Shown here: positions 14,219-27,600 of the stretch, piece by piece | Position numbering within the stretch: position 1 is the first letter of the stretch | Layout: each line of letters begins with the position of its first letter | Assembly: GCF_052425735.1 (NCBI RefSeq) | Contig: NC_135765.1 | Coordinates: 31,992,001-32,056,000, forward strand | Source of the DNA: Oculina patagonica | Lineage: Eukaryota | DNA length: 64,000 bases | Reading direction: 5' to 3' | Notes under the pieces: generated by a model | Databases searched by the model: none | Seen by the model: only the letters and a program-made list of their open reading frames with translations | Told to the model about the DNA's origin: nothing | Program-made: the position numbers and the translations under genes

Positions 14219-15466
14219 TCTAGTGTCTTTTCACCTGGTTACACACAAACAATGCACAAACTCTGCCTGGGAGGGGAGGTACGGTTGTTAATTATACGCA
14301 ATGAGAGTAAGCAAATTTATGCCAGTTTTTTTTCTCCTTTTCACCGTCCCCCCCCCCCCCCCCAAAAAAAAAAAAATCCCGATAAAATGTAGCTGAATGT
14401 TAAAAAAGGAAATATCTCATTCTAGATCATCAAAAACACTATTCATGAACAGATTCATAAATCTGCAAAATAAACTGATATTTCCTACAAAAATAACAAA
14501 CAATTTGTTATCTAAAGACAACTCTGATATAATATGCACATAACTCAAACTTTTTTGAGAGATTAATCTACTAACATTATTTTTGTTGCTCTGTTATTTG
14601 TCTTCCTATCTTTTTTCCAAGTAAACAGATGTTAACAAAATATTAAGTAGTTCCCAAGTCAGTGATGAATTTTAATTTTCTCCTTACAAATCAACACAAT
14701 GTCAAGCAGATAGGTGATGAGAATAGAGAAAATCATCAACAAGAGAACATTGTCTTGATGTAACACAAAATTCTCATAACTCACATTTAAAGCAATATAT
14801 GGAAGACAGTAAGGAGAATTGATTTTTTTATTGGGACTTGCAGCTGTACAACAAGTCATGCAAATACTCTCTCCTCTGCAGAGGCCTCTTATTTTTTCGT
14901 ACAGGCCGGGAAATGGAAAGAGGTGAAAAGTAAGCGCACCGAGCCTGGGGAGAATTAAAACGAAAGCGTGCGGGGGACACTCGGAAGGGAAAAAGCAAGG
15001 CTAGAGGCATCTACTGCTTCGCTTTTCCCATCGTGCCCCACGCTCCCCTATTTTTAATTTTTCATGTTTTTCGCCTTCCCCCACTGAAAGAGCCTCTGTA
15101 GTCTGGAGGAAAGATATGCAAATAAATAATAATTTTTTTTTTTTTAAAAAAGGAAATGCTGAAATTATTTACATTACATTTTGGTTCAAAATTGTTTGAA
15201 CCAGTGTGTTTTTCATAAAGCAGTAATTTACTGCTTTACAAAATGTCAAACAAATGCCTTGTTTTGAAGGTTCCATGAAAAATCCTGAAATTCTCACAGC
15301 AAATCAAAAATAAAATTTTGAGTCCGAAATGGAACATTTTCATGTATAGTAAATCTTCAGGGTTGCTGGAAATTTATTGCTTTCTGCATTAATTTCTCAA
15401 AATGTCTGGATTTTCAGTTCCTACTGGAGGTCCTACTAGCTGCAACTGATTGGAAAATGACATACC

Positions 15467-15642
15467 CAGGGTGTTCATTAGGCATCGGAGATCGGAGAAT
15501 TCTCCTTCTACTACGTAGAATTCTCCGGCTAAATTTCAAAGGCCTCTACCTATTTTCTAATTAAGATGCGGAACCTTTAAATATCATTCTCCGGTTACTT
15601 AACACTATTCTCCAACTATTGCAATTCTAAATGAAAACCCTG
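15467..15642. mobile_element. Short MITE just downstream of the TEN1 stop codon
   Basis: Ends cagggtgttcatt / aatgaaaaccctg, flanked by the direct repeat catacc. Confidence 0.65.
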
Positions 15643-15666
15643 CATACCGCTGCAATAAAGTTATTC

Positions 15667-18600
15667 TCAAGAAACTGCTGGTACATCTTCCTTTAGGAAC
15701 TTTCTTCTGATATCCAAAGCCTGGTTAAAGAGTTCCATATCCATCCCGTCAATGCAAGAAGCAATTCTTGCTCGTAAGGTCATCTTTTCATTGATGTCAA
15801 TTTCTCCTATAAATTGATACAGCGAACCTCTGTTGAATGCCATTGGTTCCACAAGGGAAGTGTCAATAACCAGTTCACAGCCCTCCTCACAAACCTTCAG
15901 TTCACTTCTTGTAATATCATGAACCATTGCCCTGTAAATAGATACAGTGTTAGTTATGCGTCTCTGCCACTTAAGATCATTGAAAAAAATCCCTTACATC
16001 ACGACACAATTTTGAAGCTCTCTAGGGGTATCTCATTTTTCAGACTTGGAAGTGGGGAGGGCGGGGTGGTGGTATTCTGCAATAGAAAACCAGAGGCAGT
16101 GAAATGTTTTGGAACGTGGGGAGAGCTCTGGGCGGGGGGGGGGGGGGGGGGGGAGGTTCCAAGACTGTCCCAAAATTTCTCGGCAGGTTTTCCTTTTCAG
16201 GTTTTCGCCAAAAATGATCCTGTCGAAACGATCATGAGACAGAATATCTTAACAAATCAATTTTACACTGTGGTCGCAACATTTTTGGCACCAAAATGTG
16301 GCGGGCTTGGGCCCCCAAAATTTTTGTTTGGGGGGGGGGGGGAGGGCTCTAGCCCCCCTGCACCCCCTGCTCTGCCGCCTATGAAAACTTGGCAGGTTTG
16401 CATTTGAGCCCTAGAGACTGTCACCCCTAGCCTGTGTATTAATATTGCATGGTTTATAGCTGCCTTCTTGGATTCCGATATGCAGCTAAAAACACTAGCC
16501 TACGTTGCAGACGAACAAAACCCCGGTTTTTGAGTTATTTTTTCAAAAATAGCTCTTTAGTCGTCGTGTCCTTGTAATCAGTGGGTCAGTGAAGTATGTG
16601 TGTTTGTCACACCAATCAGATTTCAGGTACTATCAGAACCAATAAAATTGCAGTTTATAAAGGGGAAGCAATCTGACGTAGTCAGCAATTTCGTTCAAAG
16701 TTTTTAGATTAGAAGGAGGCGGAATCGGTGAGTTGTGATTTAACCCTGGATTAAAAACGTTTTTCGTAACGCCCGCCTGCTTACAACGCACACGCCGTGA
16801 GCAAAAGGCCCAACACTAACTGGTTATTCGTCTTATTCGAGCGTACGTTTGGAGAGGCTAGCTTTCCATTTGCACAAAGCAGATTTGAAGAATAATGTGG
16901 TCATTACTTTTGCCGTCCGCTTTGTGAAGTTCGTTGAGAAATTGGAAAGTTTGTTATGAAGTTGCCAAATAGGTTGCGAGTTTTTGAATCAAATTGTGAG
17001 CTTCGATACAAAGTTCCTAACTTCGGCCCGAAATTAATAAAACCTTCTATAATTATGTTATCAAAAAGGGCTTTCTACGCTAAACTGTTGGAAACAAATG
17101 TCATAAAAATAAAAAACTTTTATGTTCAGCGAGCCGTAAACACGTTGTCTCGAACAAATTAGTCTGTTGCGTCGCGTCGGCTTCGATTAAAATCAATAAA
17201 CCATCCAGTTTCATCCGGTTTACAAACGCAGAAGACTTGAAATTGAAGACAGTGAAGATTATGCCTCACAGAAATCGTTAAATATGTGTTTTCATACAAA
17301 AAAGTTAAAATTTGACCAAATTTCTACCTGCATAAGATTTATTTATCGCCAAATCACTTGCGTGATCGCTGTTGCGAAACGTTGTCTTGCACTTCAAGCT
17401 ACTTCAACTTTCCTTGACAAGCTCTAAAATCTTCGAGTTCAGAAATCGCCATGACTTTCGAGCAACATGTCTTGTTTCTCCTCAACAACCAAAACTTAGA
17501 AAGTTCAGTCGGGCCGAAGTTGGGAACTTATCGAAGTTCGCAATTTGATTCGCAAACTCGCAACGTAATTGGCAACTTCATAACAAAGTTTCCAATTTCC
17601 CAACAAACTTCGCAAAGCAGGCGGCCAAAGTAAACTGAAATCAACTGTAAAACATCTCGTTCAAACATTTAATGAACCGGTACAAGTATTAACTTTGCTG
17701 ATAAAAGCAACTACGATCGAGAGCAAAAACAGAATACGAGCGTGCCATTCCGTGACAATTCGATAACTCAATTAGTTCTTGTTTGTTGAATAGAATTAAT
17801 GTTGTGAATGAACGAAAATCTTTGTCGAACAGTTCTGACAGAAAACAAATACTCCAGGTGTACTGCGCTTTAAAGAACTTTCCCGAAGAAAGTGGTTTTT
17901 GATTTGATGCGTTTATTACTTCGTTTATTATAGTACTTTTTGTTCAATGTCTATATGGAATCGTGGATTTTTCGAGAAAAACAAGGGTATCGTGTTACGT
18001 TCGTTTTTAAAAAACAGAGGTCTCATGTTAAAAAAGTGAGAAAAACAACAATATCATGTTTCAGTGTTTGGCAAAAAGCCAAAAGTATTCTGTAACAAAC
18101 AAAAGTAACACGTAACGGTTGCAACAAAGCTAGCAACAAAATAGCCGCTTAACCAGAATAAGAACGTGCCATTTTGTGACATTTTGATAATTGAATTAGT
18201 TTTTGTTTTTCAATTAAATGATGAAAATTTACATATTGAATAAAACAGTTCTGATGTATCAAAATGCACGTAAAAGTTATTTTGTTTGCAAGCAAATTTT
18301 GTGCAAAAAGTGACTCCGTGGGCCGCCATACACAAATAGCTCAACCCATGGCATAAACCATCCCAACAGGACAATCACCCAGTTTCTCCCCAAGCCACCC
18401 CATAAATTGAAAAAATAACTCCTGCACGCTTAGCGTGCCTATGTTTTTTGTAACCGGGGTTTTGTTCGTCTGCAACGCAGGCTACTAAAACACTCAATCA
18501 GAATATTCAGCATTTGCTCACTAAAGAAATATGGGATCTAAACTGCAGAATACCCTGCAGATGAGATTCATCTTATTGAACAACAATAGTTCCTATTGTT

Positions 18601-18874
18601 TCCTGCCTCGTTCTTCAAAGAGTTCCGACTCGGTGAATCTCATTTGCGGGATATTCTGCAGTTGCTGACGGATTTTGTCACAAACTTCTCTTCCATCGCG
18701 GGTTTGTGACTGAGGATAGGTCGAAGGTGAAATAAAATACAGAAGTATAATAGAATATTGAGTATTATAAAATTATTACCTTCCCCAGGTTCTGACAGAT
18801 TTACCATCCAACCGTGTTCCCAAGTGAAGCACTTCTTTCAAGCGAAGAATCTGACCACTCGAAATACCCGCCAT
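15667..18874 (-). CDS. TEN1: CST complex subunit TEN1 (telomere capping, OB fold), 119 aa, 2 exons
   Basis: Exon 18874-18780 (MAGISSGQILRLKEVLHLGTRLDGKSVRTWG, missed by the ORF track) joins exon 15931-15667 in phase 2 (360 nt). SVRTWGR...DTSLVEP...GSLYQFIGE...LRARIASCIDGMDMELF.QAL matches the recalled TEN1 pattern. Confidence 0.88.
16496..18484. mobile_element. ~2-kb non-autonomous DNA transposon in the TEN1 intron
   Basis: ~33-bp TIRs tagcctacgttgcagacgaacaaaaccccggtt / aaccggggttttgttcgtctgcaacgcaggcta. Flanks are near-identical (ctaaaaacac / ctaaaacac), a probable TSD. No transposase ORF. Confidence 0.85.
16904..17633. mobile_element. MITE with ~125-bp diverged TIRs nested in the 16496-18484 element
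   Basis: 16904-17030 (ttacttttgccgtccgctttgtgaagtt...cttcggcccga) is an imperfect reverse complement of 17509-17633. Confidence 0.75.
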
Positions 18875-19363
18875 GTTGAATTTATTCAACGACGGGGAGA
18901 CTGGAGACAAAATACTTATTTTCCAGCATTAGGGAGGGTGGGTAGGGATGCCAGAAAATATACTTGTGTAAAAATTTATTTTCAAAGTAAATAAACTAAA
19001 TTTCATGCATTTCGTAAAATATAAGTGAACAAGGGAGAATACCATTATTTTGGTGAAGAACTATTTCAAAATTATGACCGAAATTACAAACTTCTCCTAC
19101 CCCTCCCTAGCTAAAGTAATTTTTGGCGCTTGGGAGGCCTTGCACTTTTGATACTTCTGGTACCCGTAGTACGTTTGACGTTTTACAGAACAAAGTACAG
19201 GGCGTTTGCAGTTGAAAACATCTTTTCCTTTTACATTGTTTTAGTCAGATCAAGAGGTACCTGACGTGAAGTCATCCAGGGAATATTAAGCTTGAGTTTA
19301 TATATTTCATTCTGAGTGAAGCACCGCACATAAAAACGTGCGCTATAGCCTGTTTTGACGAAG
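18875..19363. promoter_or_regulatory. Putative bidirectional promoter between TEN1 and beta-carbonic anhydrase
   Basis: Divergent ATGs at 18874 (-) and 19364 (+) are separated by 489 bp. A CRE/ATF-like tgacgt lies at ~19262. Confidence 0.55.
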
Positions 19364-22300
19364 ATGGAGAAGCTGCTACAAGGAATTGTTAAATTCAGAA
19401 ATCTTGTTCGACCATCCATGCTACCAACACTCCAGAAACTTGCCAACAAAGCTCAGGTAAAATTAAGCTTAAAGATCTTGATTTAAAACTGCCCTACTAA
19501 AATTTGCTCGTTTGCTTCTTGTTTGCTTGCAATCTTACATAATAGTAGACAAAGCTAAAAATCATTTAATGTAACGTGCAAGCTTTATACATAAGCTTGT
19601 CGATTAATAGTTCTGGTTTATGTACCATTCTACAAGTAGGTAGGATAGGAGAGGATAGCCTTTATTTTGCAGGTTTAAAAGGGGAAGTGTATAAAAGAAA
19701 ATTAAGTCAGGCCAGTTTAGATGTTTCTTGACTTTCCGGCATACTTGAGTCAGAGTGTCAAAACATTTATTATTCAACATCCTTTCTCTGTTGATGTATT
19801 CAAAGTGCAATAAAGCAGGAATTACTTGGAACAAAACCAGTTTGTAGTTATAATTTATTCATCTACTTTCTGACTTTCTTCTGTTCAGCCTCGCATGCTG
19901 ATGATCACATGTATGGATAGCCGCCTGTGTCCAACCAACTTTACACAAGCAGATCCTGGAGACATGTTTATAGTTAGGAATCCTGGAAACATCATGCCAC
20001 ACAATCAGCTGTTTGGGGAAAATCATCACAGTGTGCTTTCAGAAAGAGCAGCTTTGGAGCTAGCAATTTCGACTGGAGTTGGACACATTGCAGTGTGTGG
20101 CCATTCAGATTGTAAGGTAAGTATATATTTATTCAGCGCTGCTGTTCCAATGCATTCAGTACTGCTGTAATGCCGTAACCCCTCCTTCTCACTGTTACAG
20201 TAATTTGATGCATCTAGGAGCTCGTAGCCAGGATTGTACATCTTCTGCATCAAGTCTATAAGACAACCTATGCCCAGATCGGTCTGTATTAGAACATATT
20301 TGACAGAATTCTTTAAAACCTACCATAGAGTAGCCAATCAAACCAAAGTCAATAATTTTTTGTATTATTAACACAAATAACAAATTCTTCTCAATCTGGA
20401 TAAATGAAGGCATTAAGGTAAGGTATTATATACTGCTGGCTGTGTAAGCAGCATGGCTGTGCTGTCACTGAAATCATGTTTAAGAAATTGAACTGTGATC
20501 AAATTATCTCATACTACAGGGACAAGAAGTCAAGGAGATTTTTGTTGTATAATCGAGGCCCCATTGGGGTTTTAGGATTATTAGAGGATTTAAGAGAAGG
20601 GATATGGGTTATTTGTATAATTTGCATTTTAAAATGTGGATTATTTTTGGTCATTGTCTTCAGGGATATCTGTTTTTTTACAAAATTGGGATATGGATTA
20701 TATCCAAAATGTGACCCAGAATTATGGATTATTCAGACTCTTTCCTCCCCCCTCCAACAGGGCGTCATAATTAAGGTTACCTTTTGATCACCATGATTTG
20801 ATTTTTGAACATTTTTAGGCAATGACCTGCCTGTACCATTCGCATGACGATAATGCTTCTAAAGATTCTCAAGACTCTTGGGTATCCAGCTGGCTCAAGC
20901 GATATGCACAATCCTCTTTGACAAAGTTTGAGCAGTTTTCACTTCATGGAAAACAGACAAAAATAGATTTCAGCAGCAATGCCAAGGACAAAGACAAGTT
21001 AGAAATGATGTTTGACGAAAAACAGAATCTGTCAGATGTTGATAAGCTTTCCCAGGTAATTGTTCTGTTACTGATAGTTTTAGAATGCATGCATTATATT
21101 ACTTCTTTTTTGATGTCGTAGTTCTTTTTTGTCCTAATTTACTTGCTGAGTTAGTTGTAATAGTCTTTAAATTAACTCAGTAGATGACTTTTTTCTTTAC
21201 GGTTTTATTTTCAATGTTGTTACAAATATCGTGTAATACCTATACTACTATTACATTTTCCATGTTACATCAATACCAGTACTAATACAAATTACAGTCC
21301 TATATATATTACAAGTTTATCATAATTAATAATTTTTACAAGTAAATTACAGATTCTGATTGCAAACAACTAAAGAATTAACAAACAAGAAGCTACTGAG
21401 TAGCTTGAAACCGGGTGGTTAATGATTAACCACTCTTTTGGATAACAAGAAAGCCAAAGGCTTTTAGACGAACCCAGTAGCGTTTATATTTCCTTGTGTT
21501 GCTGTTCAACAAGAAGTGCGTTATGCTAAAGCGTGACATGCGATATACGATACTCGGTTGTCAGCATTAAAGGTCAAAGGCACTTTGATCACTTTTGAAG
21601 ACTTTGAAGGTGGATATATCAGAGTTGTTTTCGTTTTACTTTTAAAACTCATAAAATATAACGTGACTCTTTCATTTATATCTCGTACTGGTCATTTCTA
21701 ACTTAGCAGCAATTCTATTTGCACTGTGGTCTAAGCGATGATTTATTGTTAAGTTAAACACATGGAAAACGCGTATAACGCACGTAATTTTAATCCCTCA
21801 AGTGGCAAGTAATTTTAAACATTTCCTCCGTCCCATTCCCCTTCCCCCATTGAGGCAATTTCAAGTGGGTGATGAAAGATGACCAGTTTTAAGCCAATCA
21901 ACATGCGTGACCTTCAATGCCCTACCGACAAAAAAAAAACGACGACAAAAAAAAAACGCCGCCGGGTAGATTATGAACCGGGGGGCACCAGACTCCACTC
22001 GGTTAAAAAAGAAAACTGTCACACGAAAACACGCACAAACACAAAAGGCACATAGATATATATTTATCTATCTATATAAAGAGAACAAGGCTAAACGATA
22101 CCAATATCTATAAAAGTTTAGCAAGAATTGCTTCCCATCTTTTCCTGAGACTTGCAAATATCCCATTTTTGTTTGCTATATATTTCTCGGTTTCAAACTT
22201 ATTTTTACCTTTTTTAAGAAAAATATTAAAATCAGGATATATGCCAGCTTTTCTACATTCCCAAATACACAGTTTTCCGAGAATTTTAAGATAGTTCATA

Positions 22301-23105
22301 ATATCAGTCCTATTTAGAAGCCCAAGTATAAAGTGTTTTAAAGTCATAGTAATGTTTTCCTTAACAAGTTCAAACCACCAAGAGGAGAATGTTTTTCAAA
22401 AGATTTGCGCATGGGAGCATTTAAAAAATAGGTGATGCAGCTCTTCTTGTGAAGAGTACACTTAACTCATTAGATGACACACCTGGAAACACACACAGAT
22501 TTCCAGTTGTTGTTTACAGTGCTACATGCTGAACCCTTGCAACGTGACAAAGATTTTTTATTAATTTGGAACTTGACAACTCCGCCTTTTTACAGTTCTT
22601 GCACTTAAGTTGGCCAGTTCAAACAAAAGCCATCAGCCAATTAACTGATTTCAACCAGTCACATAATCATTTGTGTTTTCATTAATTTATTTGTTGGTTG
22701 GTTTGTTTGTTCGTTCTTATGCATCAGTGCATATTGTATTGAACTAGTTTCTTTCTATTTTTTCAATTTATTATTGATAATTTATAAATTAATAATTTTG
22801 ACGATGTTAAATTTTAGCCAAAACTCGCTACCGCCCTTCTTGCGCCAAGCACTTCAATTGACTTTTATTCATTACGATTTCTGCTTTTGCCACAATTGCA
22901 GGTACATGTTCTTCAACAAATGCAGAACGTCAAATCATATGGACATGTGAGCAGCAAACTTGATGAAGGTTCACTCCAGCTGCATGGTCTCTGGTTTAAT
23001 ATAGGAAGTGGAGAAATGTTCATGTACTCAAAAACTCACAAGCGATTTGTTGTTATCAACGAAGAAACTCTGAATAGTACTTTTGGCCATTTGATTAATG
23101 CATAA
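19364..23105 (+). CDS. Beta-class carbonic anhydrase, 253 aa, 4 exons
   Basis: Exons 19364-19456, 19889-20116, 20819-21055 and 22902-23105, all phase 0 (762 nt). Zn ligands CMDSR (CxDxR) and GHSDC (HxxC); also PGDMFIVRNPGN, DKLSQVHVLQQMQN and LHGLWFNIGSG. Confidence 0.95.
22108..22455 (-). mobile_element. L1/Tx1-like LINE ORF2 C-terminal fragment in beta-CA intron 3
   Basis: Translates to HLFFKC...WWFEL...ILG...NYL..LGK.CIWECRK...EKYIANKNG...KRW, typical of Tx1/L1 ORF2 ends. Confidence 0.7.
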
Positions 23106-23523
23106 ATTTTAGGACTTAAATACCAGACTTTTGAATAGCCAAAATTTATATTTGTGTTGCAGGAAACCTAAAAATAATATTCCATTTTTATTAAAAATTG
23201 CTATAATATTAGAGCACTGAAACTGTTAACGAACATCTTTAGCTGCGGCTGGCTTGGATGGAAACGGATTGCAACTTGAAAAAGTTAAGCCAATGTTTTC
23301 AAGTTGTTTCTGCACATCGTCAAAAAATCAGTATTTATAACCGTTGCTTGATTTCTATCCGCAAATTATGTAAGGTTATATCTTCCTTTAGATGTTCAAA
23401 GATAATGTTTTAATGGGTTAAAAACTAATTTCAGAATAGTTTAGACCAAAAATCTGCAATATCACTGTGACATAGCTCCTTTGAAAATATGGTCATATTT
23501 GGCCAAGTATTGGTGTGATTGTT

Positions 23524-23800
23524 ATAGAGCGGTTTTCACTTGAGTGTTGAAAGTAAATTGCATTTGCTTTGGTTTTGCATTACTATGCTTAGTGATTGGC
23601 TTAAAAATCTCGCGCCACTTTCTCAGCCAATCAGAACTAAAACCAAAACCAATCGTGACTCGCTCGCGCACGTTTTCCCGCGCTTCGTGCCACCTGCATG
23701 TATTTGCTTCGAGTTTTGATTGGTTCACGTGTCCTTTGTGATTGGCGAGAGTAATTACTTTGGTTTTGGTTTTACGACACTCAATTGAAAACTGCTCTAA
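23524..23800. mobile_element. ~280-bp MITE; inverted second copy at 35188-35474
   Basis: Ends tagagcggttttcacttgagtgt / acactcaattgaaaactgctcta, with internal ccaatca motifs. Confidence 0.8.
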
Positions 23801-24667
23801 CTCAATGAACAGATTGTGTGTGTGTGGGTAAGCTCAATGGCCTTTGGCTAGTAAAATAGGAACTTTTCTAAGTAAATATTTTAGGGCTTTTGATGCCTGG
23901 TGTATAGTTCTGAAACAAAGTAATTATTGTGCAAACAAAGAGTTTATAATAATGTACTGGTATTAGGTAATATTTATTTGGTTAACAAAATTAATATAAG
24001 GCTCGCTTAAACTATATGTAAAGAAATATTTTCATGTTTAAAATGAAAGTATCTTTGACTCAGTCCTAGTCTCCGTTATGAAGATATTCTTATTAATCCC
24101 CCTGGTTCACTCAATAACCTAGAGACTGAAGAACAGCTTATTAGGTTTTTCTTAGGGAGTACTGGCTTCATGCTAACAGAAACTATGAAAGTGCTGATAA
24201 TCTTTCAATTTAATTTCTTGCGTAAAGCCAAACATTTATTTGACCTCACTATATTATCACGGCAAATCCAGTCTGAAAGAACACGCGAGTAGGGAACGCA
24301 GGGCGTGCGCGTAGATCACGCGAAAAATCGCGAGGGAGACTACACGCGGAGAACAACAAGCAAACGCGAGAACCCGCGAGAGATCCTCGCTTGATGCCAG
24401 TCGTGTGCAACCTTCTCTGGTTGGATGACTTTGGCCTTAGCTACACCCACTGCTTCTAATGCGATGCAACATTCTCTTTGTAAATTTTTGGGGGGTGTTG
24501 GGGAAGAGACAGTTTTTCTCAAAGGATAAAGCCTGGGTTTCACTAGCGACGCAAGCACAAGCGCAAGCATAAGCGCAGTCACGCAAAAAGGACAAATTGT
24601 GGTCCTTGTTCTTACGCTTGCCGCAAGCACAAGCGTAAAACTGCAATGCGTTTGTGCTTGTGCTTAA

Positions 24668-27600
24668 GAGACAGATTCTGAATTTTTCGAGATTCGTCCG
24701 ACAGAAAGGGAATTTCAATTTTATTTTTATTTGCCCCAAATAAACCTTTTAGTAAACTATTTTCGAAAATGACATTAAACGGTTCAGTTTCCTTTAACTT
24801 TTTTTAAAATTAAGAAAAGTTAAAAATTCGAAAAGCAAATCCACCGTGGCGACCATTTTGGATGAAATTTAAGGTGTTTTCACGACACTCGTGTATACAT
24901 ACCAAACAACTACTCAGTATACCCTTTACACAGCTGTTTAGGTATCTCTTGAAGTTTATTTTCAGATATATTTTGTTCGAAAATATCACGTTTAAGAAAA
25001 GTTACGATCTTCGACAACCGACCCATTTCTAGAACATAAACGACAGGGCGAATATTAGCTAACTTCAAGATTGTCAAAAGCGGTCTGGTATATTGTTTTG
25101 GAGTTAAAAAACAACACCAAATTGAAGCTAAACCTTTCTTCTCTCTGTCTGAAAAATATTACTGGTGGCCCGTAAAAACTGTTCCGCTGAGAGAATTAAC
25201 CATAAAGGCTGTTTTTCGCTCTGACTCTCTCTATTTATAGTAACTATTTGTGAATTTGTCCCGAAATATAATTCTTCCTAGCGGCTTTTGTACCGTAAAG
25301 ATCCCGATTAATGCCACGAAAGAACTTGAACGTTTAAACAGGTTTTAAAATTCAGTGTGCATCGGTCTTGGTAGTTGCTCTAGCAAGAAAGAACAGCTTT
25401 CGTTGCGGGATTAGTAATTAGGAAGATGTACGTTTCGGTCTCGACATTCTGTCTGGATGTGAACGGCGTGGTATAAATTAAATTAAAGGCAAATCACGCT
25501 TCTCATAGATAGAACAAAATAAAACATAATCCGACCCAATTTACTTAAAACATGTTCATGGTATAAAGTCCTTAATGATGGGAGCGTAAGTATTTCTTTA
25601 TCTTAATTAAATCACAGAAAAACTACCCGGGAATAAATCAAACCGTCGGCGTGTTTACAGAAGGAAAAGAGAAAAGTAAACATTTGCGTCCCTTCAATGA
25701 TAGTTCAGGTTGTCTTATTGTGCAAAACTACGGTTGTGTGATGTTAAAATCACCTTTTATGTGCTTAAATCTATTAATGTTTAACATTATTTTCTTTAAG
25801 GGGGAACGTATTTATTTGAACATTGCTGACCCTACTGGAAGTGACTCAAACGAATTTAAAACTTCCAGTTTCGTGACGGCTAATATTTGCATTTGTCTCG
25901 TCCTGAACCTTTGCTGTTTAAAAATAACTGAATTAACCATCACGATAGTTGCAAAGATAACCTCGGTGTTAACATAAATAGTAACGAAACTGCGGCTTGT
26001 TTGTGATCATAAATTATAAATATTACTTCTTAAATGTACACACAATATACTTACATTCGACATTCTTCGACATTCTGTCTGGATGTGAACGGCGTGGTAT
26101 AAATTAAATTAAAGGCAAATCACGCTTCTCATAGATAGAACAAAATAAAACATAATCCAACCCAATTTACTTAAAACATGTTCATGCTACAAAATAAATT
26201 TATAGAAAAGAGCCACAACTAATCATGAAACAGGAAATATTATCTGTTTGTTTATTTCCGCTTCAAGTCCTTCAATAACTTGAGAATTAGTTAAGGCATT
26301 TGATACTGCGAAGCCGTCCTGCTTTCTTTTCATATCGGTCAAAAGAATGATCATTTATGCTAAAAAAAAGTTGAATCGATCGATTTTATATGAAGAAAAA
26401 GAAAGTGACAAAATCCTTCGATACAACGATTTTCCGTAAACATGTTCATCACGCAAAATTTGTCATTCACAAACATCGTCTTCATTTCCTCGACTTTAAT
26501 TTAAATACTTCATTTTCGGGCAGATGATTATAAAGCTTTAACACGTACCTTAATTCTTCCGCAGTGTATAAAATGAAAAGGACCCGCTTCTCGCCGATTA
26601 TTAATTAGAGAGAAGGGACTTTTACACCTAAAAGTTTTTTGTGTTGCGTGACAAAAACGCCAAAATACATGCATAGTTAATTAGATTCAGGAAAACAGTA
26701 CGCAATGTTTTTACGCTGTGGTCACATTTCGCAGAATTTTTACTCTTTTTTGTGATCTACTTGTGAATGTTTTTTAACAACAATTATTTTTCGATATTAT
26801 TTCTCGCCATTATGGCGTGCTGTAGCTATTCGGAATTGGTGAGTGGGGATTGTGGATCAAGCCTTGATAACCCAACTAACATCAAATGTGTTACTTTACG
26901 CGAGTGCACGAAGGAAGTCTACAGTCACCTAGTTTTTTGCAAAGTTAGCGACGACAGCGAGATTGATACTGAATGGAAGTTATTGCTTGCAAGAGCAGGT
27001 AATGTGCAAAATTCGATGTATAATGAGACTCATTTTTACAATATTTCACACTAACAATAATTCCGCCGGCAACAACAAGGAAATAATACCAAGTTTGTTG
27101 TTGTTTAGGTGTATTTGAAGTTGATGAATCTCACCTAGCAATGAACATATGCCCTCGTCATCGGGACTTGTTTGGTGTGCGCTGGAGGTCTTCTAAGACA
27201 AACTGCACCATACCAGATGAAATAGCTTCCCACAAATCAAAAGCGAAAGGCCTTTGTGGTTTACGGAGAAAGCAGTCACAATTTGTCTACCACAGAACCC
27301 AAAAGCTTATTCCAGTAGGGTCCAGTGAGTACCATGATGTTTTAAAGAAAACCATATATACGTACTAATTCAGTGGTGTTGTTTTAAAGTTAACCATGTA
27401 CACGTGCTAATTCAGTGGTTCAGTTGACCTGTTGACGGTTTAATTAAAATCCGGACAACAGACGATACAGCGCCTGATCATTGTAGTCCAGTCTTAACTC
27501 CTGTCACCCTGGCAATGTTATTATCACACCAATAGGAGAATTTAAATATCCGTTATATATCTAAAATTGTTTTTGTACTTTATTAGAAATTTGCAAGCGA

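Noticed and set aside
15814-16407. 197-aa ORF with a Gly run and G-quadruplex-like poly-G tracts
   Set aside because: It is antisense to TEN1 and runs through homopolymer G and repeat sequence. Similar G/C runs are scattered across the window.
25651-25977. Identical 108-aa ORFs at 25651 (+) and 29415 (-)
   Set aside because: They are mirror images inside the TIRs, start at GTG and show no recognisable domain.
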